The position numbers and the translations under genes were made by a program. DNA of 64,000 nt from a candidate division WOR-3 bacterium (GTDB taxonomy: Bacteria; Hydrothermota; Hydrothermia; LBFQ01): the NCBI GenBank assembly GCA_027050205.1, contig JALUCS010000118.1, forward strand, positions 1 to 64,000. Direction: 5' to 3'. The notes under the pieces were generated by a model that worked only from the letters and a program-made list of their open reading frames with translations, made no database searches and was not told the origin of the DNA. This document shows positions 29,918 to 39,839 of the stretch, piece by piece (the stretch's first letter is position 1; the number at the start of each line of letters is the position of its first letter).

Positions 29918-30852
29918 TTCAGGAGGGGGGACCTGAATGTGATTATCCCTCCGGGACCGTAGGCCAAGACGAGGTACTTACCGTAAGCCCCCGCATCGTA
30001 CAGGTACTGGCCGTTGGTGTAGTAGGCCGAGAGCAGGGGGGAGGAGGGCTGGGCGAGGGAGTAGAGTTTGGCACCGTTGCTGCCGAAGAGGCCTATCAGG
30101 ACCTTTTTGTACCTGCGAAGGGCGAAGACGGGATGTTGGGTCTTCACCTCACCGACGAGGGGCTGCTCTCCCTTGCTTACGTCTATGACCTTTATCCCTC
30201 CTTTGGCGCAGGCGAGATACACGTAGTTCCCGTAGGGTTCCGCGTCTATTACGGGTGAGCCGTCGGAAGGTTGGTAACGGTAGACCTGCTCTATCTTCCC
30301 GTCCTCTACCTTGAAGATGAAGAGGCCGTCCTTGCCGGCGGATACGTAGAGGTACGGAAAGACGACCTTCAGGGAGGTGCCGGTGAAACCGGAGAAGGGG
30401 ACGCTCCCGGCGTCTTGGGGGTCGGTTGGGTTCGTAAGGTCGTATATCTCCAGACCGGTGGAGGTCAGGACGAAGAGGTACCTTGATCCGACGGCTACGT
30501 TTATGATGTTTCCACCCGTCGTTAGGCTGGTTTTGAGCTGTCCCTTCTGGAAGTCTACTACATCTATGGTGGGGGCGGTACGGGTGTTGTATGCCACGTA
30601 CATAGTCCCCTTGTAATAGACGACGTCAACGGGTCTCTCGCCGGTTACGTACTCTGGGAGCCTTACACCCTTAACGGAGTCCGTCAAGGAGACGAGGTTG
30701 AGGATCTTGACACCGTCCTCCTTGGCTACGAAGAGGAACCCCCCAACGAGGTGTATCTTCCTGACGTCGCCGAAGGTCCAGGTCCTGAACTTGTGGAGGC
30801 GGTAAATCTCCTCCTGTCCGCCCCCCAACTGCGTTATCAGAAAGGTTATCAT
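29914..30852 (-). CDS. LVIVD-repeat beta-propeller protein
   Basis: Repeats such as YLFV....GLEIYDLTNPTDP and YVYLA....GIKVIDVS. Confidence 0.8.
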   Translation of the reverse strand: MITFLITQLGGGQEEIYRLHKFRTWTFGDVRKIHLVGGFLFVAKEDGVKILNLVSLTDSVKGVRLPEYVTGERPVDVVYYKGTMYVAYNTRTAPTIDVVDFQKGQLKTSLTTGGNIINVAVGSRYLFVLTSTGLEIYDLTNPTDPQDAGSVPFSGFTGTSLKVVFPYLYVSAGKDGLFIFKVEDGKIEQVYRYQPSDGSPVIDAEPYGNYVYLACAKGGIKVIDVSKGEQPLVGEVKTQHPVFALRRYKKVLIGLFGSNGAKLYSLAQPSSPLLSAYYTNGQYLYDAGAYGKYLVLAYGPGGIITFRSPLLK

Positions 30853-31844
30853 CCCTTCAGGTACTCAATTATATCCACCACACGGTTAGAGTACCCCCAC
30901 TCGTTGTCGTACCAGCCGAAGATCTTGAAGAGCCTCGTACCCTCTACGGAGCGGGTTAGGGGGGCGTCTATGACGACGGTACGGTCCTCCCCTTTGAAGT
31001 CTACGGAGACGAGTTCCTCGTAGGTTATGCCGAGTAGGCCCTTCAGGTCCCCTCTGGCGGCCTCTTCGTAGGCGGCGTGTATCTCATCAATCGTCGCGTC
31101 CTTCTCCAGCTCTACGGTGAAGTCTACGATGGACGGGACGGGTACGGGTACCCTAAGGGCGACGGCGTCCAACTTCCCCTTGAGGTCGGGGTATATCTCG
31201 TAGATGGTCTTGGCCGCACCCGTCGTGGTGGGTACTATGCTTAGGGCGGCGGCCCTGGCCCGACGGAGGTTCTTGTGGGGCGCATCAAGGAGCCTCTGGT
31301 CGTTGGTGTATCCGTGGACGGTGGTCATAAGGCCGTACTTCAGGCCGAACCTCTCCCTTAGGACCTTTATCATCAGGGCGAAGGCGTTGGTGGTGCAGGA
31401 GGCTGCGGATATGACCCTGTGCTTCTCCCTGTCTATGGCCGTATGGTTGGCGCCGTAGACGACGGTTACGTCCGCCCTGTCTTTGGCAGGGGCGGTTATC
31501 AGCACCCACTTGGCCCCGGCCTCTATGTGCTTGTGGGCCTTGTCGTAATGGCGGAACTTGCCCGTTGCCTCCACGACCAGCTCCACGCCCCAGTCTCCCC
31601 ACTTGAACTCGGAGGGGTCAGGTATTGATAGGACCTTTATCTCCTTGCCATCGACGAAGATGCTGTCGCCCTTGCTCTCCACATGGGCGTCGTACTTACC
31701 GTAGGTGGAATCGTACTTGAGGAGGTGGGCGAGGGTGCGGGCGTCCGCGAGGTCGTTGATGTAGGCCACCTCTATACCCCTCCGGTGCGCTATCTTAAAG
31801 ACCTGCCTCCCTATCCTTCCGAAACCGTTGATGGCTATCCTCAT
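30849..31844 (-). CDS. gap: Type I glyceraldehyde-3-phosphate dehydrogenase
   Basis: INGFGRIGR, ASCTTN, WYDNEWGYS. Confidence 0.97.
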   Translation of the reverse strand: MRIAINGFGRIGRQVFKIAHRRGIEVAYINDLADARTLAHLLKYDSTYGKYDAHVESKGDSIFVDGKEIKVLSIPDPSEFKWGDWGVELVVEATGKFRHYDKAHKHIEAGAKWVLITAPAKDRADVTVVYGANHTAIDREKHRVISAASCTTNAFALMIKVLRERFGLKYGLMTTVHGYTNDQRLLDAPHKNLRRARAAALSIVPTTTGAAKTIYEIYPDLKGKLDAVALRVPVPVPSIVDFTVELEKDATIDEIHAAYEEAARGDLKGLLGITYEELVSVDFKGEDRTVVIDAPLTRSVEGTRLFKIFGWYDNEWGYSNRVVDIIEYLKG

Positions 31845-31846
31845 GG

Positions 31847-32065
31847 CTACAGTTCCTCCTCTATGTCAAAGGCCTCCTCTTCAAGACGCTCCTTTATCTG
31901 CTCGAACTTACCGACGGAATCTACGAGCCTGTCAAGGAGCCTGTCGGATTCCTCCCTTATCTTCTCCCTAACCTCGTCCCCGGTGTAAGGGGTAAGGAGG
32001 AGGGTCGCCAGGGCGCCCACCACCACCCCTACGACAAAGGAAACGATGACCTTTTCATTCCGCAT
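31847..32065 (-). CDS. YtxH-like protein
   Basis: FVVGVVVGALATLLLTP.TG.E.R pattern. Confidence 0.75.
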   Translation of the reverse strand: MRNEKVIVSFVVGVVVGALATLLLTPYTGDEVREKIREESDRLLDRLVDSVGKFEQIKERLEEEAFDIEEEL

Positions 32066-32119
32066 AACAGGGTATTATACCGCTGTCGGGCGGCTTTAAA
32101 GGAAAATCCACCGCCTCCC

Positions 32120-33487
32120 TTACGGCATACAGCGGGATAGGATGTCTATCAGGAGGCCGAGGATGAGGGCGTTGGCGAACTTGGCCTGTAGCTGGGCGGT
32201 GTAGAGGTCCAACATACCGGCCTGGATGTAGTTGGGTTTGAAGGCCCAACGCACAAGCTTTACGGCCTCCGGTAGGGTTATGAGAGCCAGTAGGCTCCAA
32301 GGCGTCAGGACCTTCAGGATAACTAAAAGGACGAGGAGGACGTAGGCGGAGAAGACGAGGAGGGCGTAGTAGTACCTTGAGAGGTTTGGGCCTATGAGGG
32401 CGGCGAAGGTCCTGTATCCGCTCTTTACGTCGTCGGCTATATCCCGCATGTTGTTCCCTTGAAGGATGGCCACTATGAGGAGGGCTGCGGGGGCAAAACC
32501 GAGGAAGGGTTTCCAATCAAGGTTACCCGTCTGGACGAAGTAGGCCCCTACGGCTATGAGGGTCCAAGCGAGGAATACGGCGACGTCTCCGAGGGCGATG
32601 TACTTCCACCCCACCGGTATGAAGGCGTAGAAGAATCCGAGGACGAAACCCGCCCCTATCAGGTAAAGGAGCCTTACGTCGTAGCCCATAAGGTACCAGA
32701 GGGCGAGGCCAACCGAGAGGGCGGCGGCGTACAGGGCGAGGGAGAGGAGGAGGACCTCCTTAGGTCGGAGGAGCCTATCCACGAGGACCCGGCTGGAGCC
32801 GAGGGTGTCCCAACGGTCTGCCCCCTTGAGGTAGTCAAAGAGGTCGGAGCTGGCGTTCACGGCGAGATGTACCAGGACGGCACCTACGAGGGTGAGGAGG
32901 AAGCGGAGGGGATCAAAGCGGCCGGCGAGGAGAGTGCCAACGATGACGGCGGAGACGGTGGCGTATATCACCCAAGGGCGGGTCGCCCTTACGTAAAGCT
33001 GGAGGCGGGAGGGCCGGGGATAGACCTCCTTGAGCTTTTTAAAGGTTTCCCCGTTGAAGTCTATCTCAAAGCGGGGGAGGAATCCGCGGCTAAGGTCCGT
33101 GACGAAGACCCGCTTGGGCCTTATCCTGACGACCGTCGTCTTGGGGTTGGCCTTCAGGAAGGGGACGATGGGGAAGTTCCGGGCGGTTATTAGGGACCTC
33201 TCCTCCGGATGCTCCTCCGTCGGGCCGAGTATCTCGGCCACCCCCTCCCCCTGGATGAACCGAGTCGGCTCCCCGTTCTCTATTACGAAGAAGACCTCCG
33301 GGTTCCTGTGGATGTTCTGGAGGGTATGGCCAGCGTTTTCTAAGATGACGTATATGTAGCCGTCCCTGTCAGCGTAGTACGCTTTGGCGGACCAGACACC
33401 GTCCCCGTTGCGGGTGGTGATGGTCACCGTGTTGTTGGAGGACAGTATCTCGGCGAACCTGCGGAGTCTCTCCTCAAGGGTGAGCAT
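32120..33487 (-). CDS. Fusion of a pyridoxamine-5'-phosphate-oxidase-like split barrel and a UbiA/MenA-family prenyltransferase
   Basis: N-terminal H..NI.RNP.V...IQGEG; then RATRP, NASSDLFDYLKGAD and NNMRDIADD with multiple TM helices. Confidence 0.85.
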   Translation of the reverse strand: MLTLEERLRRFAEILSSNNTVTITTRNGDGVWSAKAYYADRDGYIYVILENAGHTLQNIHRNPEVFFVIENGEPTRFIQGEGVAEILGPTEEHPEERSLITARNFPIVPFLKANPKTTVVRIRPKRVFVTDLSRGFLPRFEIDFNGETFKKLKEVYPRPSRLQLYVRATRPWVIYATVSAVIVGTLLAGRFDPLRFLLTLVGAVLVHLAVNASSDLFDYLKGADRWDTLGSSRVLVDRLLRPKEVLLLSLALYAAALSVGLALWYLMGYDVRLLYLIGAGFVLGFFYAFIPVGWKYIALGDVAVFLAWTLIAVGAYFVQTGNLDWKPFLGFAPAALLIVAILQGNNMRDIADDVKSGYRTFAALIGPNLSRYYYALLVFSAYVLLVLLVILKVLTPWSLLALITLPEAVKLVRWAFKPNYIQAGMLDLYTAQLQAKFANALILGLLIDILSRCMP

Positions 33488-34217
33488 AGCCATCAATTTT
33501 AAACGAGGGAGGGAAACCTATCCCAAAAGATCAGCATTACGGATAATCCGAACCACCCGGACGAAACTCCCCCTCTCCGTGCGTTTTTATCACCCGGTAA
33601 AAGGCGCCGTACAGGATAATGCGGGAGATCTGGCTCCTCCGTACGGTTCTGGGGATCCGCCTTGGTGGCCCGGTTAAAGGGGCCTTGTCCAAGGGCTATA
33701 GAGACAACTAAGCTCCCTCACGGGTATTGAGCTGATAGAGGGATACCCATCCGCCGCGCATGGTTCTATAAGGCCTCCGAATTTCTTGGCCATAGGAAAA
33801 GGAGAAGGATATAGAGATACTTCACAAAAATGCTAAAAATTTGTAGTTAATGGCATCAAATTGCCAAAAATCCTACGGACGTTTCCAAAAACTTAAACTT
33901 ATCCCAGTTTGATGAGACTGCAGAGTGATTCTCATTCCACCAGCAGAATCCTCCTCACGGATGAAGGGTGGTAGTTTTCTGAAACCGGACTTTCGGTTTT
34001 TGAAGTTATGTTGAATAAAGTTCAAATAGGCAATTTTTTTAAAGTGAGTCCGAAATTAGGGTAGGTCGAAAACTAAACAAACTTTCGGAAATAAGGAGTC
34101 CTATCCTATCAACGACACCCGTTGAAAGAAGCGAGGTACATCCCTCTTTCCGGGTGGAGATACGATTCCCCCTGTGAGGGGTACCCCCGTTGCTCTACCA
34201 CAGTATAATCCCCAACT

Positions 34218-35672
34218 ATGTTGAGCCTCGTCATCTTCTTCCCGCTCCTTGCGGCCATACCGCTGTTTTTCTTTAGACCGGAGTGGAGAAGGACCTACTG
34301 GGTTTATGGGACGTTTGCTACCCTGTTGGAGCTTCTGTTTTCCTTGGGGCTTCTCGCCGGGTTTGACTTTGGCCACAGCGCGGAGTTCCAGTTCGTTGAG
34401 AGGTACGTATTCTTTGGCCTTGAGAACGCCCCGTACTACGTGGGGATAGACGGTCTGGCCCTCATCCTCATCCTCCTGACCACCTTCTTAACCTTCCTCG
34501 GCATAGTGTCCTCCTACAACTACATCAAGGAGAAGGTGCAGGCCTACGTCATCACGATGCTCCTCCTGGAGACGGCTATGATAGGCGTCTTCGCCTCCCT
34601 CAACATCATCCAGTTCTTCATCTTCTGGGAGGCCCAGCTCGTTCCCATGTTCATCCTGATAGCCCTCTGGGGACACGAGAACCGCGTGTATGCCGCCTTC
34701 AAGTTCCTGATCTACACGGCCGTCGGCTCCGTCCCTATGCTGGCAGCCATAATCTGGATCTACCTCAACTACGGCACCTTTGACTATCCCCTCCTCCTCC
34801 AGACCCTCCCTAAGGCCGCTGCTGACATCCAGAGGCTCCTCTTCCTCGCCTTCTCCATAGGTTTTATGATAAAGGTTCCCATGTTTCCCTTCCACACGTG
34901 GCTTCCGGATGCCCACGTTGAGGCTCCCACCGCCGGTTCCGTCATCCTGGCCGGCATCCTCCTCAAGATGGGTACCTTCGGCTTCTTGAGGTACTCCCTC
35001 CCCCTCTTCCCCGCCGGGTTTGATGCCTACAGGGGCCTGATAGCCGTCCTTGCCATAATTGGCATCATATACGGCGGCCTGATGGCGTGGGTCCAGGCCG
35101 ATATGAAGAAGCTCGTGGCCTACTCCTCGGTCGCTCATATGGGATTCGCCATGCTCGGCATAGCCTCCGGAAACCCCATCGGGATACAGGGGGCGGTCCT
35201 TGTTATGATAAGCCACGGTCTGACGACGGGCGCCCTGTTCTTCATCGTGGGTATGCTCTACGAGAGGAGGCACACCCGCCTGATAAGGGACTACTCTGGA
35301 ATTGCCAACAAGGTACCTAACCTTTCAGCCTTCTTCGGTTTTATGGCTCTGGCCTCAATAGGTCTGCCCGGACTCTCCGGCTTCGTCGGGGAGTTCTTGA
35401 GTATGATAGGGGCCTACAAGGCCAACCCGGTCTGGGGCTACTTCGCGGCCCCCGGTGTAATAGTGGCCGCCATCTACATGCTATCGCTGATAAAGAGGGT
35501 GGTCTTCGGGAAGCTGGATCCGGAGAGCGCAAAGATGCCCGACGTATCCTTCCGTGAGGCCTTCATCCTCGCCTTCCTGGCCATCTTCGTCATCTGGATC
35601 GGGGTCTATCCCATGCCCTTCCTCAACTTCACGGATCAGGTGGCGGGACTCATAGTGAGTGTTCTGCACTGA
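34218..35672 (+). CDS. nuoM: NADH-quinone oxidoreductase subunit M
   Basis: FFIFWE, KVPMFPFHTWLPDAHVEAPT, LLKMG, AYSSVAHMG, GFVGEF. Confidence 0.95.
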   Translation: MLSLVIFFPLLAAIPLFFFRPEWRRTYWVYGTFATLLELLFSLGLLAGFDFGHSAEFQFVERYVFFGLENAPYYVGIDGLALILILLTTFLTFLGIVSSYNYIKEKVQAYVITMLLLETAMIGVFASLNIIQFFIFWEAQLVPMFILIALWGHENRVYAAFKFLIYTAVGSVPMLAAIIWIYLNYGTFDYPLLLQTLPKAAADIQRLLFLAFSIGFMIKVPMFPFHTWLPDAHVEAPTAGSVILAGILLKMGTFGFLRYSLPLFPAGFDAYRGLIAVLAIIGIIYGGLMAWVQADMKKLVAYSSVAHMGFAMLGIASGNPIGIQGAVLVMISHGLTTGALFFIVGMLYERRHTRLIRDYSGIANKVPNLSAFFGFMALASIGLPGLSGFVGEFLSMIGAYKANPVWGYFAAPGVIVAAIYMLSLIKRVVFGKLDPESAKMPDVSFREAFILAFLAIFVIWIGVYPMPFLNFTDQVAGLIVSVLH

Positions 35673-36277
35673 TGGGTAAGGAGGACGGGGCCGGCCGAAA
35701 TCGGCCTATCCTCTTGGTACTCTCGGCCCCATCGGGGGCGGGGAAGACCACCGTGGCCCGCAGACTTGTGGGGGATTACGGTTTCACCCACGTAGTAACG
35801 GCGACGACCCGCCCTCCACGGCCGAGGGAGAGGAACGGCATAGACTACCTCTTCGTGGATAGGGAGACCTTCCTCCGGTGGATAGAGGAGGGGAACCTCT
35901 TTGAGTGGGCGGAGATCTACGGGAACCTCTACGGGATACCGAAGGACCACCTCTACAGGCCCCTGAAGGAGGGTAGGGACGTCGTCCTGACGGTGGACGT
36001 GAACGGGAAGAGGGCGCTTGAGAGGGTGTTCCGCGATGATCCGTCCGTCCGTTTCGTCAGCGTATTCCTGAAACCCCCATCTCTGGACGTCCTTCGGGAG
36101 AGGCTCCTGCGCAGGGGGGACCCACCGGAGGAGGTGGAGAGGAGGCTGAAGAAGGCGGAAGAGGAGATGGCCTGGGCCTCGGAGTACGACCACGTGGTCA
36201 TAAACGACGACCTCACCCGCACCGTTGGAGAGATAGCGAGGATACTCGGTCTGGATGGACAGGATAGAGCGGATTAG
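35672..36277 (+). CDS. gmk: Guanylate kinase
   Basis: SAPSGAGKTT, TTRPPRP.E..G.DY.F, YD.V.INDDL. Confidence 0.95.
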   Translation: MGKEDGAGRNRPILLVLSAPSGAGKTTVARRLVGDYGFTHVVTATTRPPRPRERNGIDYLFVDRETFLRWIEEGNLFEWAEIYGNLYGIPKDHLYRPLKEGRDVVLTVDVNGKRALERVFRDDPSVRFVSVFLKPPSLDVLRERLLRRGDPPEEVERRLKKAEEEMAWASEYDHVVINDDLTRTVGEIARILGLDGQDRAD

Positions 36278-36971
36278 GGAGATAGACGGCCTCATATCCT
36301 CCGGGGAGTACGACTCCGCCCTCGCCCTCCTTGGGGAGATGGAGCGGGAGATGAGGGAAGAGGGGGGAGGACCGCAGCTCTTCAGTGTCCTGTGGAGGAA
36401 GGGTTGGCTCCTCTACCGGAGGAGGGAACTCCGCGATGCCCTCACAGCCCTTGAGGAGGCGGCCGGAGTTCTGCCTACCGGGTCTTTGACCCCCTCCCTC
36501 CTCTACCGGATGGTCTTCGTACTCTCCACAGCCGGGACGGTCGCCCACGAGCTGAAGGAGTTTGAGCGGGCGATAGACTACCACCGCAGGGCCTTGGAAC
36601 TCCTTGAGGAGTTGGGGGGGTACCTCCCACCGGAGAGGTTCCACACCGATGCGGCTCGGTTGAGGAACAATCTGGCCAACTCCTTGGTGGGTGTGGGGAG
36701 GTTCTCCGAGGCGGAGGAGACCTACCTATCCGCCCTCTCCCTCCTCAATACCCTTGAAGGGGAGGGGGTGCCGCACCTGAAGGCCAACGTCCTCTACAAC
36801 CTCGGCTCCTTGTACTACTACCTGAACGACGTCCGTTCGGCCTGCAGAATGTGGAGGGAGTCGCTGCGGATATACTCCGCCCTGTGCGAGGAGACTTATG
36901 GCGAGCCTTACTGCGAGAACGCCCGGAAGCTTGAGAGGTCGGTAAGGAGGAACTGCTCCAAGGAGACCTGA
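36255..36971 (+). CDS. Tetratricopeptide repeat protein
   Basis: TPR helices such as AIDYHRRALEL, NNLA and YNLG. Confidence 0.8.
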   Translation: MDRIERIREIDGLISSGEYDSALALLGEMEREMREEGGGPQLFSVLWRKGWLLYRRRELRDALTALEEAAGVLPTGSLTPSLLYRMVFVLSTAGTVAHELKEFERAIDYHRRALELLEELGGYLPPERFHTDAARLRNNLANSLVGVGRFSEAEETYLSALSLLNTLEGEGVPHLKANVLYNLGSLYYYLNDVRSACRMWRESLRIYSALCEETYGEPYCENARKLERSVRRNCSKET

Positions 36972-36973
36972 AA

Positions 36974-37573
36974 TCACCTTTTCCTCCCCAAAACCACCAT
37001 ATAGCTCCTCTCAATATCGTTTATCTTCACCACCTTGACCGATAATCCCTCCTCCCGTGCTATCCGGACGTACTCCTCCGGCTCTATGAGATTCACGTCC
37101 ATACCCGTCATAAAACGGTGGAAAGGCCTGTGGAGGACCGTAAACGGTGATGGGGCGGTGAGGGTTATAACGCAAACGTCTCCCAGTTCCTTGAGCTTTC
37201 TAAGGCCAGCGCGGTGGTTGAAGAGGACGAAAACGTGCATACTGACCACGACGTCGTACTCTCCCCTATGCTTGAAAAAATCCTCTTCCAAGAACCTGAC
37301 GTTGGGTAGCCCCAACCTCTTTCCCCTTCTAACGCTTCCGGAGGACGTATCTATCGCCGTTATCTTGGAGGATGGTAGGGCGAGGGAGAGCCGCTTTGTG
37401 AGGAAGGCGTCGGAAAAGCCCACCTCAAGGACGGTTTTGGGTTTTAGGGATACGACCTCCCGCAGTATGCTCCGAGCGGCCTCCCTACGGAACCAATACA
37501 GAGGCGGAACGAGAAACATCGTCGCCCTCGCCGCGGGTAGGCCGTAGTAGAGCGAGGATAGGAGACCTCTCAA
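36974..37573 (-). CDS. Class I SAM-dependent methyltransferase
   Basis: VLEVGF motif I, ITAID, YDVVV. Confidence 0.75.
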   Translation of the reverse strand: MRGLLSSLYYGLPAARATMFLVPPLYWFRREAARSILREVVSLKPKTVLEVGFSDAFLTKRLSLALPSSKITAIDTSSGSVRRGKRLGLPNVRFLEEDFFKHRGEYDVVVSMHVFVLFNHRAGLRKLKELGDVCVITLTAPSPFTVLHRPFHRFMTGMDVNLIEPEEYVRIAREEGLSVKVVKINDIERSYMVVLGRKR

Positions 37574-37638
37574 TTCCCTCTATTCTACCTTCGTAGTATC
37601 CACTACGTTCCCCCTACAACTTTAGAATACAACCTTCA

Positions 37639-37720
37639 GCCGGGGTGGCGGAACTGGTAGACGCGCCAGATTTAGGATCTGGTGGGGTATCCCGTGCGGG
37701 TTCGAGTCCCGCCCCCGGCA
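37639..37720 (+). tRNA. tRNA-Leu(TAG)
   Basis: Acceptor stem GCCGGGG/CCCCGGC; D-loop GGAACTGGTAGAC; anticodon arm CCAGA-TTTAGGA-TCTGG; long variable arm; GGTTCGAGTCC. CCA is not encoded. Confidence 0.96.
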
Positions 37721-37790
37721 TTCCGGTATCCGCATGCGTAGGTAAGTTCCATAACCCCTATCATCGTCCCTACAATTTTTGGTTCCGGAA

Positions 37791-38111
37791 ATGGAGGAGA
37801 AACAGCACCTTTTAGATTTCGTAGAAAGTTTAACACGCAAAATACGGGACTATATGAGATCTCACGGCCTTCCATCTCCGAAGTTTAGGGCTTTCTTAGA
37901 AGGTGGTTCAAGAGTGGTGATGGTTTCAGAGAGGGAGGCCCTTTTCCCAAGGGTTGTTAGGTGCATCTTTACTCCTCCCACCTATACGGTTATGGTGGAG
38001 GGTTTTGTGGTGGCATACGACACCCTAACCTCCTACGATGGCTCCAGCATAGAGGACAGACTGCTTAAGACCCTCTTTGATGTGATGCTGGAGTACGTCA
38101 TAGAGGATTGA
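37791..38111 (+). CDS. Hypothetical protein
   Basis: About 106-aa ORF after the tRNA; TACAAT at 37771. Start could be TTG 37779. Confidence 0.6.
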   Translation: MEEKQHLLDFVESLTRKIRDYMRSHGLPSPKFRAFLEGGSRVVMVSEREALFPRVVRCIFTPPTYTVMVEGFVVAYDTLTSYDGSSIEDRLLKTLFDVMLEYVIED

Positions 38112-38149
38112 GGGGGCATACGGTCCCTATGGCTTTAGAATACTTGGTG

Positions 38150-38527
38150 ATGTACCGGTTCATCCTAACCCTTACCGTCTTCCTACTCCTCTCCTGCGAA
38201 CCTACCAAGGGGAAAAGGGGGGCGGACGGGAAGGTCCCGCAGGACGTACCTAAACCCTTGGTGGATTACGTCTATCCGGGTGCGAGGAAGGATAAGGTGT
38301 TCGTAGGGAGGGGCGTATCCGGGATTACTATGAGTACGAAGGACGATATAACGAAGGTGGCGAAATTCTACCTTGATAAGCTCGGCCTGCCCGACGATAA
38401 GGTCGTTTCCTCACAGTACGTCTCCTATCTCTACCACGTTGGCAACAGGGACATCATCGTCAATATTGAAAAATTCAAAGAAAGGACGAACGTCTCCGTA
38501 TCCATCAGCGAGGGTCCGGGACGATAA
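38150..38527 (+). CDS. Lipoprotein
   Basis: MYRFILTLTVFLLLSC lipobox; VYPGA; TAGAAT 8 nt upstream. Confidence 0.7.
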   Translation: MYRFILTLTVFLLLSCEPTKGKRGADGKVPQDVPKPLVDYVYPGARKDKVFVGRGVSGITMSTKDDITKVAKFYLDKLGLPDDKVVSSQYVSYLYHVGNRDIIVNIEKFKERTNVSVSISEGPGR

Positions 38528-38565
38528 CATCCGGGTACCTTCCTCCAGTAGAATACCCGCCAGCC

Positions 38566-39636
38566 ATGAAAAGGAAGGTAGAGTTCCCCGCGATAGGGAA
38601 GATCTCGCCGGAGTTCTTTGACGAGTACATCTTCCCTCACCTTGGGGCGAAGAGGGAGGAGGTCATCGTACCTCCCCAGCACGGCGTGGATACGGGCGTG
38701 GTCCGTATCGGCAACGGCAAGGTCCTCGTCTTCACGACCGACCCCATCTACATCCTCCCCGCATACGGTTGGGAGAAGGCGGCCTGGTTCGCCTGGCACA
38801 TCCTGGCCTCCGACGTCACCACCTCCGGTTTCCCACCCACCTACATCACCGCCGACTTCAACCTCCCGATGGAGATAAGCGAGGAGGAGTTCGCCACCGT
38901 CTGGCAGGTCTGGGACAGGGAGAGTAAGAAGTACGGGGCCACGGTCGTAACGGGACACACCGCCCGCTACCCCGGAGTGAATTACCCGATGGTGGGAGGG
39001 GCGACTTTTATGTCCCTTGCCGACGAGGATAAGTTCCTGACGCCCAAGATGGCGAGGCCCGGGGACGCCCTCATAATAACGAAGGGGCCGGCCGTTGAGG
39101 CCACCGGCATATTCGCCAGCCTCTTTCCCAACTACATATCCGAGAAGCTCGGACCGGAGATAGCCGAGGCCGGGGAGAGGCTCTTTTGGAAGATGAGTAC
39201 GGTGGACGACGCCCTCACGGCCGTGTCCGTGGGCTACAGGGAGGAGGGCGTACGAGCTATGCACGACGCCACGGAGTGCGGCATCCTCGGAGGGGTGTAC
39301 GAGATGGCCGAGGCCTCCGGTGTAGGTGTCGTATACTACAAGGATAAGACACCCATCCAACCCGGTGTCCTTGAGATAACCTCCCTCTTCGGTATGGAGC
39401 CTTTCTCCTCCATAAGCGAGGGTACCCTCGTCATGGCCGTCGTACCTGATAAGGCCGACGAGGTGGTCAGGAGGCTGAAAGAAAAGGGTATAGACGCTGC
39501 TATCGTCGGTGAGTTCCTACCCAGAGACAAGGGGATGTGGGTCGTAGAGGACGGTGTCCAGAAACCCCTTGAGCATCCCCGCGTAGACCCCTTCTGGTCC
39601 GCGATAGACAGGGCTTTGAGCGAAGGGTTGAGTTGA
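38566..39636 (+). CDS. AIR synthase-related (HypE-like) protein
   Basis: GVDTG, TTDP, SDV, GHT, ARPGD, MHDATECG, ISEGTL. Confidence 0.88.
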   Translation: MKRKVEFPAIGKISPEFFDEYIFPHLGAKREEVIVPPQHGVDTGVVRIGNGKVLVFTTDPIYILPAYGWEKAAWFAWHILASDVTTSGFPPTYITADFNLPMEISEEEFATVWQVWDRESKKYGATVVTGHTARYPGVNYPMVGGATFMSLADEDKFLTPKMARPGDALIITKGPAVEATGIFASLFPNYISEKLGPEIAEAGERLFWKMSTVDDALTAVSVGYREEGVRAMHDATECGILGGVYEMAEASGVGVVYYKDKTPIQPGVLEITSLFGMEPFSSISEGTLVMAVVPDKADEVVRRLKEKGIDAAIVGEFLPRDKGMWVVEDGVQKPLEHPRVDPFWSAIDRALSEGLS

Positions 39637-39794
39637 GGGAGATAGTCCTGGCCTTCATAACGGGGTTCCTGACGGGCGTGGTCTTCTCCCTCGCCCGTCT
39701 CCCCATCCCCGCACCTCCAACCCTCGCCGGGATAATGGGGATAGTCGGCATATTCGCCGGCTACCTCCTGGTGAAGTACCTGACGGGGAGATAA
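39633..39794 (+). CDS. XapX/DUF1427-family small membrane protein (53 aa, not in the ORF track)
   Basis: TTG overlaps the upstream TGA; translation MREIVLAFITGFLTGVVFSLARLPIPAPPTLAGIMGIVGIFAGY... Confidence 0.8.
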   Translation: MREIVLAFITGFLTGVVFSLARLPIPAPPTLAGIMGIVGIFAGYLLVKYLTGR

Positions 39795-39821
39795 AAAAAC
39801 GGGGGGCTTTCGCCCCCCTTT
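39795..39821. terminator. Bidirectional intrinsic terminator
   Basis: A-run, then GGGGGGC-TTTC-GCCCCCC, then TTT, between convergent genes. Confidence 0.8.
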
Positions 39822-39839
39822 CCCCGTTATCTGCGGCCG

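Noticed and set aside
37639..38111. tRNA-Leu as an integration site for an island
   Set aside because: No integrase and no duplicated tRNA 3' end were seen in the window.
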